Of a stretch of 64,000 bases of DNA, positions 37,917 through 52,400 are shown piece after piece; positions within the stretch are counted from its first letter, which is position 1; each line of letters opens with the position of its first letter. Under the pieces are notes generated by a model. It worked only from the letters and a program-made list of their open reading frames with translations. It did no database searches and was not told the DNA's origin. This stretch comes from Eledone cirrhosa (taxonomy: Eukaryota): contig OZ024766.1 in assembly GCA_964016885.1 (NCBI GenBank), positions 14,694,001 through 14,758,000 on the forward strand. The letters are read 5' to 3'. Both the position numbers and the translations under genes were made by a program.

Positions 37917-39785
37917 TGTTAATAACAGAGATTTAGATGGATGTTAGATGTATTAAAACTACTTACAAGATATCATTACATATGGTGTTAATAACAGAGA
38001 TTTAGATGGATGTTAGAGGTATTAAAACTATTTACAAGATGATATCATTACATATGGTGTTAATAACAGAGATTTAGATGGGTGTTAGATGTATTAAAAC
38101 TACTTACAAGATGATATCATTACATATGGTGTTAATAACAGAGATTTAGATGGGTGTTAGATATTAAAACTACTTACAAGATGATATCATTACATATGGT
38201 GTTAATAACAGAGATTTAGATGGGTGTTAGATGTATTAAAACTACTTACAAGATGATATCATTACATATGGTGTTAATAACAGAGATTTAGATGGGTGTT
38301 AGATGTATTAAAACTACTTACAAGATGATATCATTACATATGGTGTTAATAACAGAGATTTAGATGGGTGTTAGATGTATTAAAACTACTTACAAGATGA
38401 TATCATTACATATGGTGTTAATAACAGAGATTTAGATGGGTGTTAGATGTATTAAAACTACTTACAAGATGATATTACATATGGTGTTAATAACAGAGAT
38501 TTAGATGGGTGTTAGATGTATTAAAACTACTTACAAGATGATATCATTACATATGGTGTTAATAACAGAGATTTAGATGGGTGTTAGATGTATTAAAACT
38601 ACTTACAAGATGATATCATTACATATGGTGTTAATAACAGAGATTTAGATGGGTGTTAGATATTAAAACTACTTACAAGATGATATCATTACATATGGTG
38701 TTAATAACAGAGATTTAGATGGGTGTTAGATGTATTAAAACTACCCACAAGATGATATCATTGCATATGGTATTAATAACAGAGATTTAGATGGATGTTA
38801 GATATTAAAACTACTTACAAGATGATATCATTACATATGGTGTTAATAACAGAGATTTAGATGGGTGTTAGATGTATTAAAACTACCCACAAGATGATAT
38901 CATTGCATATGGTATTAAAAACAGAGATTTAGATGGATGTTAGATATTAAAACTACTTACAAGATGATATCATTACATATGGTGTTAATAACAGAGATTT
39001 AGATGGGTGTTAGATGTATTAAAACTACTTACAAGATGATATCATTACATATGGTGTTAATAACAGAGATTTAGATGGGTGTTAGATGTATTAAAACTAC
39101 CCACAAGATGATATCATTACATATGGTGTTAATAACAGATTTAGATGGGTGTTAGATGTATTAAAACTACTTACAAGATGATATCATTACATATGGTCTT
39201 AATAACAGATTTAGATGGGTGTTAGATGTATTAAAACAACTTACAAGATGATATCATTACATATGGTGTTAATAACAGAGATTTAGATGGGTGTTAGATA
39301 TTAAAACTACTTACAAGATGATATCATTACATATGGTGTTAATAACAGAGATTTAGATGGGTGTTAGATGTATTAAAACTACTTACAAGATGATATCATT
39401 ACATATGGTGTTAATAACAGAGATTTAGATGGGTGTTAGATGTATTAAAACTACTTACAAGATGATATCATTACATATGGTGTTAATAACAGAGATTTAG
39501 ATGGGTGTTAGATGTATTAAAACTACTTACAAGATATCATTACATATGGTGTTAATAACAGAGATTTAGATGTGTGTTAGATATTAAAACTACTTACAAG
39601 ATGATATCATTACATGTGGTGTTAATAACAGAGATTTAGATGGGTGTTAGATGTATTAAAACTACTTACAAGATGATATCATTACATATGGTGTTAATAA
39701 CAGAGATTTAGATGGGTGTTAGATGTATTAAAACTACTTACAAGATGATATCATTACATATGGTGTTAACAACAGATTTAGATGG
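37917..39785. repeat. 72-bp AT-rich tandem repeat, about 26 copies
   Basis: Unit tgttaataacagagatttagatgggtgttagatgtattaaaactacttacaagatgatatcattacatatgg. Confidence 0.95.
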
Positions 39786-39959
39786 CAAAATAACAAAAAG
39801 TTGAAGTTATAGACTTAATAAATTCCTTAAATATAATTCTTTTATTAACAACAAATAGAATGAAATTCAGGACATAAATACAATTTATAAAATTAATTAT
39901 GAAAAATTAATAAATTATTTACAAAACATAAAATCAATAAAAAAAAGGAGTCAGAAAGA

Positions 39960-40790
39960 AATTTACTATAACAGAAAATGTTGGTGTTACCCTCTAAAAT
40001 TTCTGAGACTAGACACACACAGCATTACCTAAGGTGATAGAGGGCCCTTAATTACACACTACAACAGGGAATGTTGGTGTAGGCTTCTAAAATCTAACAT
40101 ACCAGCGAACAGGTGATAGAGGGTCTCTTACACAAACTATAGGAGGGAATGTTGGTGTAGGCCTCTAAAAGTTATCATAGCAGAGAAGACATTACCTCAG
40201 GTGATAGAGGGTCCCTTCAATTACACACTATAGGAGGGAATGTTGGTGTAGGCATCTAAAATTTAACATACCAGCGAACAGGTGATAGAGGGTCTCTTAC
40301 ACAAACTATAGGAGGGAATGTTGGTGTAGGCCTCTAAAAGTTATCATAGCAGAGAAGACATTACCTCAGGTGATAGAGGGTCCCTTCAATTACACACTAT
40401 AGCAAGGTATGTTGGTGTAGGCCTCTAAAAGTTATCACAGCAGAGAAGACATTACCTCAGGTGATAGAGGGTCCCTTCAATTACACACTATAGCAAGGAA
40501 TGTTGGTGTAGGCCTCTAAAAGTTATCACAGCAGAGAAGACATTACCTCAGGTGATAGAGGGTCCCTTCAATTACACACTATAGCAAGGAATGTTGGTGT
40601 AGGCCTCTAAAAGTTATCACAGCAGAGAAGACATTACCTCAGGTGATAGAGGGTCACTTAACTACACACACTACAAAAGGGAATGTTGGTGTAGTCCTCC
40701 AAAATTTATCATAGCATACAAGACATTACCTTATGTGATAGAGGGTCCCTTAATTACACACACTATAGCAGGGAATGTTGGTGTTGACAA
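39960..40790. repeat. Roughly 91-bp tandem repeat with shorter variants, about 9 copies
   Basis: gttggtgtaggcctctaaaa at 40411, 40502, 40593, with diverged end units. Confidence 0.88.
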
Positions 40791-40999
40791 ACCAAGGCTG
40801 AAATTTCTGGCATAGATTTAAAATTAATTCAAAAAGTCAAGAATAGATCAGAGAAAGATTTCAATTTCAAATGAAAATATATTTGTAAAAATGGCCAGCA
40901 ATGTTTGGAGTCTATCAAACTGCCAAGTATTCACATTTGATATTGGTGGAAAATAATTTTAGATTTGTAAGAGGAAGGATGTCCGTGTTTCACAGTTAA

Positions 41000-41715
<716 letters not shown>

Positions 41716-41745
<30 letters not shown>

Positions 41746-42396
41746 GATGGGTTTCTCTCCAGTGTGTGTTCTTATATGTACAGTTAAATTACCGCTCTGT
41801 ACAAATGCTTTCCCACATATTTCACATTGATAAGGTTTCTCTCCGGTGTGTGTTCTTCTGTGAACTATCAGAACATCACTATCAGCAAAATATTTCCCAC
41901 ATATTTCACAGTGAAAAGGTTTCTCTCCGGTGTGAATACGTATATGTCTAACAAGTTTAGTTTTCTCAGCGAAAGATTTCCCACATATTTCACAGTGAAA
42001 TGGTTTTTCCCCACCGTGACTACGTAAATGCCTAATTAAAGTGGCATTCACACTGAAAGATTTCCCACATGTTTCACATTTGAAAGGTTTCTCTCCAGTG
42101 TGTGTTCTTTTGTGGTTAGTCAAGTCACCACTCCCACTAAAAGATTTCCCACATATTTCACAGTGATGGGGTTTGTCTTTAATATGTATGTGTTTGTGTG
42201 TAGATAATTCATCTTCCGATGAGAAAGTTTTCCTACAAATCTCACAGCTATATTCAGGAATATTTCTGTGTAATGATCCTTGTTCAGCACACGTTTCACT
42301 AGGTAAAGGTTTCTCACCACTGTATGCCTGTGTAACTGTATCTATATTGGTAGAAACAGGTGTGGTAGAAATGTCCAAGTGTTTAACGTCCTCCAT
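41716..42396 (-). CDS. C2H2 (Kruppel-type) zinc-finger protein, six intact fingers before a frameshift
   Basis: CxxC...HxxxH fingers with TGEKP linkers. ATG at 42396. Upstream candidate acceptor ttccacattttacag|G at 42661 suggests a 5'UTR intron. Confidence 0.8.
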
Positions 42397-43134
42397 GGTA
42401 ATTCTTGAAGAATTCTTCGAAGTTCTCAGGATATATGACTGTGTAAGACAGATGTTGGTATAAGAAAGTGTAAGAGAGAGTGTGTGTGTGTCTTAATAAA
42501 TGGGGATTGTTCACCACGGAGTGTAGAAAAGTACACAATATCTGCTGTGTTAACAATACAAATAATACGTACTTTATATTTCAAGTCCAAGTGTAAATTC
42601 AAGAAAGACCAGGAAAGCTAATTGTTCAGATGTTGGTGATTTAAACCTATTTCTCACTGTCCTGTAAAATGTGGAACAACCAATTCACGATGTAGCGTAG
42701 TTTCTCATGAAATGAAATAATTAATCATGTAGGAGATGGGACACCTACCCTGGAACATGTAGCTCACTCTATGTTATCTACAGAATATTAACTTTCACCT
42801 TAACATGATATAATTGATACACAAGATATAATTAGATTAATTAAAGTTATAATTAAGATGGCAGGTGCGTGCTGTCGTTGGTAATGTTTCACTCTCCTGA
42901 ATAACACCGGTGTCATACGTTAAAAGTCCCTGACATAATTTAATACCTTCAGTTATATCAATTCACTCCATCAATTGTATCCAACCCCTGGTAAAACAAA
43001 CAACATCTCCCAGTAAAATATGTATTACGTATCAACGAGGGAGTCTCCTACCTGGTTACTTGACTTGGTAGAAATAGCAGCCAAATATCACTCTCTTCTG
43101 TCTTACAACAACAAAGATCATATTCTGCAGTTTA

Positions 43135-43159
43135 CACATGTATATATATGTATATATAC

Positions 43160-43196
<37 letters not shown>

Positions 43197-43206
43197 TATA
43201 CATATA
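43135..43206. repeat. (TA)n / (TATACA)n microsatellite
   Basis: Direct reading. Confidence 0.9.
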
Positions 43207-43330
43207 AACATGATAGTCACGGCTGGAACAACTTTAATGAGAGGTCTGCTCAATAATACTAACATGGGATTTAAATTGAGCAAAGGTGGAGTTGTCTCCC
43301 TTGGTACTTTACTACGTTTGTTTATATATA

Positions 43331-43600
43331 TCATCATCATCATCTTCAACATTATCATTTAACGTTCATTTTTATCACACCTGCATGGGTTAAACAGGTT
43401 ATCACGTTATGAGACATGTCAGGTGTGGAGACCAGGTCTCATATGGATGTGTATTTTGGTTTGGTTTCTAAGGCTGGATGCCCTTCTTTACACGAAACAC
43501 GTTACAATGTGGACTGCACACTTTTGTATGACCACCTTACAGGATGAACTGGGTGTTTTTATTGTTGTAGCATCAACGAGGTGTGTGGGATATTTAGCAG
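43331..43600 (-). mobile_element. Diverged SINE with RTE-type tail
   Basis: (cat)n...tttaacgttcattttt...gcatgggttaaac and tttctaaggctggatgcccttc. Confidence 0.7.
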
Positions 43601-43784
43601 GTGAGGGCAGGGTCTTATGAATGGGGAGGGGGGAAGAGAAGATTGGTGAAGACTAGTGTGTTCTCTACATGTTTGTTTTATTTCATTTTCAGCACATGGG
43701 AAGGGGGGGGTCTTCTACAGTACAGCATGACGCCAGAGGTCTCGATCCTGTGACATTTCTATTGAGAGGTTTAATTGGGCAAGG

Positions 43785-44452
43785 TGAGTTCAAATCCCGC
43801 CGAAGTTAACTTTTCCTTTCATCCTTACGGGGTCGATAAAATAAAGTACCAGTAATACACTGATGTAATTGTTGGCCTTGTGCCTATAGTAGAAACAATT
43901 ATTACAGGGTCGATAAAATAAAGTAACAGTAATACACTGGGGTATTTGCTGGACTTGTGCCAAAAGTAGAGACAATTATTACGGGGTTGGTAAAATAAAG
44001 TACCAGTAATACACTGGGGTATTTGCTGGACTTGTGCCAAAAGTAGAGACAATTATTACAGGGTTGGTAAAATAAAGTACCAGTAATACACTGGGGTAAT
44101 TGCTGGCCTTGTGCCCCCAAAAGTAGAAACATTTATTACAGGGTCGATAAAATAAAGTACCAGTAATACACTGGGGTAATTGCTGGCCTTGTGCCCCCAA
44201 AAGTAGAAACATTTATTACAGGGTCGATAAAATAAAGTACCAGTAATACACTGGGGTAATTGCTGGCCTTGTGCCCCCAAAAGTAGAAACATTTATTACA
44301 GGGTCGATAAAATAAAGTACCAGTAATACACTGGGGTATTTGCTGGCCTTGTGCCCCCAAAAGTAGAAACATTTATTACAGGGTCGATAAAATAAAGTAC
44401 CAGTAATACACTGGGGTAATTGCTGGCCTTGTGCCAAAAGTAGAGACAATTA
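43785..44452 (+). mobile_element. 5'-truncated SINE with its 3' 77-80 bp tandemly repeated about 8 times
   Basis: tgagttcaaatcccgccgaagttaac..., then repeated gggtcgataaaataaagtaccagtaatacactgggg...aaagtagaaaca. Confidence 0.88.
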
Positions 44453-44556
44453 TTTATTCAAAGTAATCCAACATATTTTACTAACGGGGATAAAAAATTA
44501 TAAACAGTACGCAGTCCCGCACTTCTTACTTTATTATAGTTTAGATAATTTATGTA

Positions 44557-44673
44557 TGGAGGCATGTGGCCTAGTGGTGAGGGTGTTGGACTTACGATCG
44601 TAATGTCTTGGGTTCGATACCTGGCTTGCGTGTTGTGTTCTTGAGCAAAACATTTCATTTTATGTTGCTGCAG
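44557..44673 (+). mobile_element. tRNA-derived SINE 5' part, related to the 28098 head
   Basis: ggaggcatgtggcctagtggtgaggg...gggttcgatacct...tgtgttcttgagcaaaacattt. Confidence 0.75.
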
Positions 44674-44802
44674 CATGGTAAGGTCGCGTAAGTCTTGATG
44701 GAGTCTTAGGGGGCGCCATATTGACATATGGTGTTTCTTGGGCATTTTTAAAGCCTGGGGGAGCCCACCCCACCCCAGGCCTGAGTGGAGCAGATTTCTT
44801 CC

Positions 44803-44834
<32 letters not shown>

Positions 44835-45437
44835 GAAATGAGAAAGAGATATAGAGAGAGGAAATGAGAAAGATATATATATATAGAGAGAGAGAGGAAA
44901 TGAGAAAGAGAGAGAGAGAGGAAATGAGAAAGAGAGAGAGAGAGGAAATGAGAAAGAGAGAGAGAGAGGAAATGAGAAAGAGAGAGAGAGAGAGGAAATG
45001 AGAAAGAGATATAGAGAGGAAATGAGAAAGATATATAGAGAGATAGAGAGAGGAAATGAGAAAGAGAGAGAGAGAGAGAGAGGAAATGAGAAAGAGAGAT
45101 AGAGATAGAGAGAGAGGAAATGAGAAAGAGAGAGAGAGAGAGGAAATGAGAAAGAGATATAGAGAGAGAGGAAATGAGAAAGAGATATATACATAGAGAG
45201 AGAGGGAGGAAATGAGAAAGAGAGAGAGAGAGAGAGAGGAAATGAGAAAGAGAGATAGAGATAGAGGAAATGAGAAAGAGCTATAAAGAGATAGAGAGAG
45301 AGGAAATGAGAAAGAGCTATAAAGAGATAGAGAGAGAGGAAATGAGAAAGAGAGATAGAGAGAGAGGAAATGAGAAAGGGCTATAAAGAGATAGAGAGAG
45401 AGGAAATGAGAAAGAGAGAGAGAGAGAGAGAGAGAGG
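44803..45437. repeat. Compound polypurine repeat [gaggaaatgagaaa(ga)n]n
   Basis: About 20 recurrences of gaggaaatgagaaa separated by variable GA/TA runs. Confidence 0.95.
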
Positions 45438-45545
45438 AAGGATGAAAAGCAAAGTTGACTTCAGCGGGATTTGAACTCAGAGAGCTGGAACAAATACCAC
45501 AAAGCATTCTATATGACATTCTAACGACTCTGACAATTCTCTCCA
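45438..45545 (-). mobile_element. SINE 5' fragment
   Basis: aaggatgaaaagcaaagttgacttcagcgggatttgaactcag. Confidence 0.75.
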
Positions 45546-45587
45546 GTATACTCAGCTGAAAAACAAGTACCAGCAATAACTGGGGGG

Positions 45588-48500
45588 TTAACCCTGTGAT
45601 GGACTGGTGTCCTGTCCAGGGGGAAGTCTTGTACTCTCAGTCACTTCACACCATGAAACCAGGATAAGTACCGGCCTAACATTCTTCTAGCTTAAGACAG
45701 ACTTTAGACTTAACATAACCCTGTGATGGACTGGTGTCCTGTCCAGGGGGAAGTCTTGTACTCTCAGTCACTTCACACCATGAAACCAGGATAACTACCA
45801 GCTTAACATCATTCTGGTTTAAGACAGAGTTTAGACTTAACATAACCCTGTGATGTACTGGTGTCCTGTCCAGGGGGAAGTCTTGTACTCTCAGTCACTT
45901 CACACCATGAAACCAGGATAACTACCAGCTTAACATCATTCTGGTTTAAGACAGAGTTTAGACTTAACATAACCCTGTGATGGACTGGTGTCCTGTCCAG
46001 GGGGAGTCTTGTACTCTCAGTCACTTCACACCATGAAACCAGGATAACTACCGGCCTAACATCCTTCTGGTTTAAGACAGACTTTAGACTTAACATTACC
46101 CTGTGATGGACTGGTGTCCTGTCCAGGGGGGAAGTCTTGTACTCTCAGTCACATCACACCATGAAACCAGGATAAGTACCGGCCTAACATCCTTCTGGTT
46201 TAAGACAGACTTTAGACTTAACATAACCCTGTGATGGACTGGTGTCCTGTCCAGGAGGAAGTCTTGTACTCTCAGTCACTTCACACCATGAAACCAGGAT
46301 AAGTACCGGCCTAACATCCTTCTGGTTTAAGACAGACTTTAGACTTAACATAACCCTGTGATGGACTGGTGTCCTGTCCAGGAGGAAGTCTTGTACTCTC
46401 AGTCACTTCACACCATGAAACCAGGATAAGTACCGGCCTAACATCCTTCTGGTTTAAGACAGACTTTAGACTTAACATAACCCTGTGATGGACTGGTGTC
46501 CTGTCCAGGAGGAAGTCTTGTACTCTCAGTCACTTCACACCATGAAACCAGGATAAGTACCGGCCTAACATCCTTCTGGTTTAAGACAGACTTTAGACTT
46601 AACATAACCCTGTGATGGACTGGTGTCCTGTCCAGGAGGAAGTCTTGTACTCTCAGTCACTTCACACCATGAAACCAGGATAAGTACCGGCCTAACATCC
46701 TTCTGGTTTAAGACAGACTTTAGACTTAACATAACCCTGTGATGGACTGGTGTCCTGTCCAGGAGGAAGTCTTGTACTCTCAGTCACTTCACACCATGAA
46801 ACCAGGATAAGTACCGGCCTAACATCCTTCTGGTTTAAGACAGACTTTAGACTTAACATAACCCTGTGATGGACTGGTGTCCTGTCCAGGAGGAAGTCTT
46901 GTACTCTCAGTCACTTCACACCATGAAACCAGGATAAGTACCGGCCTAACATCCTTCTGGTTTAAGACAGACTTTAGACTTAACATAACCCTGTGATGGA
47001 CTGGTGTCCTGTCCAGGAGGAAGTCTTGTACTCTCAGTCACTTCACACCATGAAACCAGGATAAGTACCGGCCTAACATCCTTCTGGCTTAAGACAGACT
47101 TTAGACTTAACATTACCCTGTGATGGACTGGTGTCCTGTCCAGGGGGAAGTCTTGTACTCTCAGTCACTTCACACCATGAAACCAGGATAAGTACCGGCC
47201 TAACATCCTTCTGGCTTAAGACAGACTTTAGACTTAACATTACCCTGTGATGGACTGGTGTCCTGTCCAGGGGGAAGTCTTGTACTCTCAGTCACTTCAC
47301 ACCATGAAACCAGGATAAGTACCGGCCTAACATCCTTCTGGCTTAAGACAGACTTTAGACTTAACATTACCCTGTGATGGACTGGTGTCCTGTCCAGGGG
47401 GGAAGTCTTGTACTCTCAGTCACTTCACACCATGAAACCAGGATAAGTACCGGCCTAACATCCTTCTGGTTTAAGACAGACTTTAGACTTAACATTACCC
47501 TGTGATGGACTGGTGTCCTGCCCATGGGGAGTCTTGTACTCTCAGTCACTTCACACCATGAAACCAGGATAACTACCGGCCTAACATCCTTCTGGTTTAA
47601 GACAGACTTTAGACTTAACATTACCCTGTGATGGACTGGTGTCCTGTCCAGGAGGAAGTCTTGTACTCTCAGTCACTTCACACCATGAAACCAGGATAAG
47701 TACCGGCCTAACATCCTTCTGGTTTAAGACAGACTTTAGACTTAACATTACCCTGTGATGGACTGGTGTCCTGTCCATGGGGAGTCTTGTACTCTCAGTC
47801 ACTTCACACCATGAAACCAGGATAAGTACCGGCCTAACATCCTTCTGGCTTAAGACAGACTTTAGACTTAACATTACCCTGTGATGGACTGGTGTCCTGT
47901 CCAGGGGGAAGTCTTATACTCTCAGTCACATCACACCATGAAACCAGGATAAGTACCGGCCTAACACCCTTCTGGTTTAAGACAGACTTTAGACTTAACA
48001 TTACCCTGTGATGGACTGGTGTCCTGTCCAGGGGGAAGTCTTGTACGCTCAGTCACATCACACCATGAAACCAGGATAAGTACCGGCCTAACATCCTTCT
48101 GGCTTAAGACAGACTTTAGACTTAACATAATCCTGTGATGGGCTGGTGTCCTGTCCAGGGGGAAGTCTTGTACTCTCAGTCACTTCACACCATGAAACCA
48201 GGATAAGTACCGGCCTAACATCCTTCTGGCTTAAGACAGACTTTAGACTTAACATAACCCTGTGATGGACTGGTGTCCTGTCCAGGAGGAAGTCTTGTAC
48301 TCTCAGTCACTTCACACCATGAAACCAGGATAAGTACCGGCCTAACATCCTTCTGGTTTAAGACAGACTTTAGACTTAACATAACCCTGTGATGGACTGG
48401 TGTCCTGTCCAGGGGGAAGTCTTGTACTCTCAGTCACTTCACACCATGAAACCAGGATAAGTACCGGCCTAACATCCTTCTGGCTTAAGACAGACTTTAG

Positions 48501-49135
48501 ACTTAACATTACCCTGTGATGGACTGGTGTCCTGTCCAGGGGGAAGTCTTGTACTCTCAGTCACATCACACCATGAAACCAGGATAAGTACCGGCCTAAC
48601 ATCCTTCTGGCTTAAGACAGACTTTAGACTTAATATAACCCTGTGATGGACTGGTGTCCTGTCCAGGGGGAAGTCTTGTACTCTCAGTCACATCACACCA
48701 TGAAACCAGGATAAGTATCGGCCTAACATCCTTCTGGTTTAAGACAGACTTTAGACTTAACATTACCCTGTGATGGACTGGTGTCCTGTCCAGGGGGAAG
48801 TCTTGTACACTCAGTCACTTCACACCATGAAACCAGGATAAGTACCGGCCTAACATCCTTCTGGCTTAAGACAGACTTTAGACTTAACATAACCCTGTGA
48901 TGGACTGGTGTCCTGTCCAGGAGGAAGTCCTGTACTCTCAGTCACTTCACACCATGAAACCAGGATAACTACCGGCCTAACATCCTTCTGGTTTAAGACA
49001 GACTTTAGACTTAACATAACCCTGTGATGGACTGGTGTCCTGTCCAGGGGGAAGTCTTGTACTCTCAGTCACTTCACACAATGAAACCAGGATAACTACC
49101 GGCCTAACATCCTTCTGGTTTAAGACAGACTTTAG
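45588..49135. repeat. 127-bp tandem repeat, about 28 copies, resembling a SINE 3' body (V-SINE-like)
   Basis: taaccctgtgatggactggtgtcctgtccagg at 46224, 46351 and so on. The similarity to a SINE domain is from memory. Confidence 0.9.
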
Positions 49136-49411
49136 CCGTTTAGATAATTTACTTAGAAAGCAACGGTCAGCAAAATTACAGCAAAGAAACCCAAAACATG
49201 ATAAATAGGGACAGCTTGTGACGAAGCCTTTCAGGTTCTCATAAATTGGAAATGCCATTGAGTACCTCTTACTTTGATCTCTGCCATTCACGATCAAGTT
49301 CTTTCGGACATTACCCAAGATGTGTGACCCTAGGTAAGGGTTGGCACAAATACTGAACTGAAGGTAGTGAGTATAGTTTCTACACCTATATCCCTAGCTA
49401 TGGTCAACAAA

Positions 49412-52400
49412 TGCACCAGTTACTGCACTGGGGTTGATGTATTACTGCACCAGTTACTGCACTGGGGTTGATGTATTACTGCACCAGTTTCTGCACTGGG
49501 GTTGATGTATTAATGCACCAGTTTCTGCACTGGGGTTGATGTATTAATGCACCAGTTACTGCACTGGGGTTGACGTATTACTGCACTGGGGTTGATGTAT
49601 TACTGCACCAGTTTCTGCACTGGGGTTGATGTATTACTGCACTGGGGTTGATGTATTACTGCACCAGTTTCTGCACTGGGGTTGATGTATTACTGCACCA
49701 GTTTCTGCACTGGGGTTGATGTATTACTGCACCAGTTTCTGCACTGGGGTTGATGTATTACTGCACTGGGGTTGATGTATTACTGCACCAGTTACTGCAT
49801 TGGGGTTGATGTATTACTGCACCAGTTACTGCACTGGGGTTGATGTATTACTGCACCAGTTTCTGCACTGGGGTTGATGTATTACTGCACCAGTTTCTGC
49901 ACTGGGGTTGATGTATTACTGCACTGGGGTTGATGTATTACTGAACCAGTTTCTGCACTGGGTTGATGTATTACTGCACCAGTTTCTGCACTGGGGTTGA
50001 TGTATTACTGCACTGGGGTTGATGTATTACTGCACCAGTTTCTGCACTGGGGTTGATGTATTACTGCACCAGTTTCTGCACTGGGGTTGATGTATTACTG
50101 CACTGGGGTTGATGTATTACTGCACCAGTTACTGCACTGGGGTTGATGAATTACTGCACTGGGGTTGATGTATTACTGCACCAGTTTCTGCACTGGAGTT
50201 GATGTATTACTGCACCAGTTTCTGCACTGGGGTTGATGTATTACTGCACCAGTTTCTGCACTGGGGTTGATGTATTACTGCACCAGTTTCTGCACTGGGG
50301 TTGATGTATTACTGCACTGGGGTTGATGTATTACTGCACCAGTTTCTGCACTGGGGTTGATGTATTACTGCACCAGTTACTGCACTGGGGTTGATGTATT
50401 ACTGCACCAGTTTCTGCACTGGGGTTGATGTATTACTGCACCAGTTACTGCACTGGGGTTGATGTATTACTGCACCAGTTACTGCACTGGGGTTGATGTA
50501 TTAATGCACCAGTTTCTGCACTGGGGTTGATGTATTAATGCACCAGTTTCTGCACTGGGGTTGATGTATTACTGCACCAGTTTCTGCACTGGGGTTGATG
50601 TATTACTGCACCAGTTTCTGCACTGGGGTTGATGTATTACTGCACTGGGGTTGATGTATTACTGCACCAGTTTCTGCACTGGGGTTGATGTATTACTGCA
50701 CCAGTTACTGCACTGGGGTTGATGTATTACTGCACCAGTTTCTGCACTGGGGTTGATGTATTACTGCACCAGTTACTGCACTGGGGTTGATGTATTACTG
50801 CACCAGTTACTGCACTGGGGTTGATGTATTACTGCACCAGTTACTGCACTGGGGTTGATGTATTACTGCACCAGTTACTGCACTGGGGTTGATGTATTAA
50901 TGCACCAGTTTCTGCACTGGGGTTGATGTATTAATGCACCAGTTTCTGCACTGGGGTTGATGTATTACTGCACCAGTTTCTGCACTGGGGTTGATGTATT
51001 ACTGCACCAGAGTTGATGTATTACTGCACCAGTTACTGCACTGGGCTTGATGTATTACTGCACTGGGGTTGATGTATTACTGCACTGGGGTTGATGTATT
51101 ACTGCACCAGTTTCTGCACTGGGGTTGATGTATTACTGCACCAGTTACTGCACTGGGGTTGATGTATTACTGCACCAGTTACTGCACTGGGGTTGATGTA
51201 TTACTGCACTGGGGTTGATGTATTATTGCACCAGTTACTGCACTGGGGTTGATGTATTACTGCACCAGTTTCTGCACTGGGGTTGATGTATTACTGCACC
51301 AGTTTCTGCCCTGGGGTTGATGTATTACTGCACCAGTTACTGCATTGGGGTTGATGTATTACTGCACCAGTTTCTGCACTGGGGTTGATGTATTACTGCA
51401 CCAGTTTCTGCACTGGGGTTGATGTATTAATGCACCAGTTTCTGCACTGGGGTTGATGTATTACTGCACCAGTTACTGCACTGGGGTTGATGTATTACTG
51501 CACTGGGGTTGAATGTATTAATGCACCAGTTTCTGCACTGGGGTTGATGTATTACTGCACTGGGGTTGATGTATTACTGCACTGGGGTTGATGTATTACT
51601 GCACCAGTTACTGCACTGGGGTTGATGTATTACTGCACCAGTTTCTGCCCTGGGGTTGATGTATTACTGCACCAGTTTCTGCCCTGGGGTTGATGTATTA
51701 CTGCACCAGTTACTGCACTGGGGTTGATGTATTACTGCACCAGTTACTTCACTGGGGTTGATGTATTAATGCACCAGTTACTGCACTGGGGTTGATGTAT
51801 TACTGCACCAGTTTCTGCACTGGGGTTGATGTATTACTGCACCAGTTACTGCACTGGGGTTGATGTATTACTGCACCAGTTACTGCACTGGGGTTGATGT
51901 ATTACTGCACCAGTTTATGCCCTGGAGTTGATGTATTACTGCACTGGGGTTGATGTATTACTGCACCAGTTTCTGCACTGGGGTTGATGTATTACTGCAC
52001 CAGTTTCTGCCCTGGGGTTGATGTATTACTGCACCAGTTTCTGCCCTGGGGTTGATGTATTACTGCACTGGGGTTGACGTATTAATGCACCAGTTACTGC
52101 ACTGGGGTTGATGTATTACTGCACTGGGGTTGATGTATTACTTCACCAGTTACTGCACTGGGGTTGATGTATTAATGCTCCAGTTTCTGCACTGGGGTTG
52201 ATGTATTACTGCACCAGTTTCTGCACTGGGGTTGATGTATTAATGCACCAGTTTCTGCACTGGGGTTGATGTATTAATGCACCAGTTACTGCACTGGGGT
52301 TGACGTATTACTGCACTGGGGTTGATGTATTACTGCACCAGTTTCTGCACTGGGGTTGATGTATTACTGCACTGGGGTTGATGTATTACTGCACCAGTTT

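Noticed and set aside
43693-43783. Plus-strand exon-like segment (ttttcag|CAC...AAG|gtgagt)
   Set aside because: The donor is supplied by the adjoining SINE fragment, there are no partner exons, and the peptide is unrecognisable.
44458-45576. 372-aa Ser/Leu-rich ORF
   Set aside because: Translation of the (TC)n compound microsatellite.
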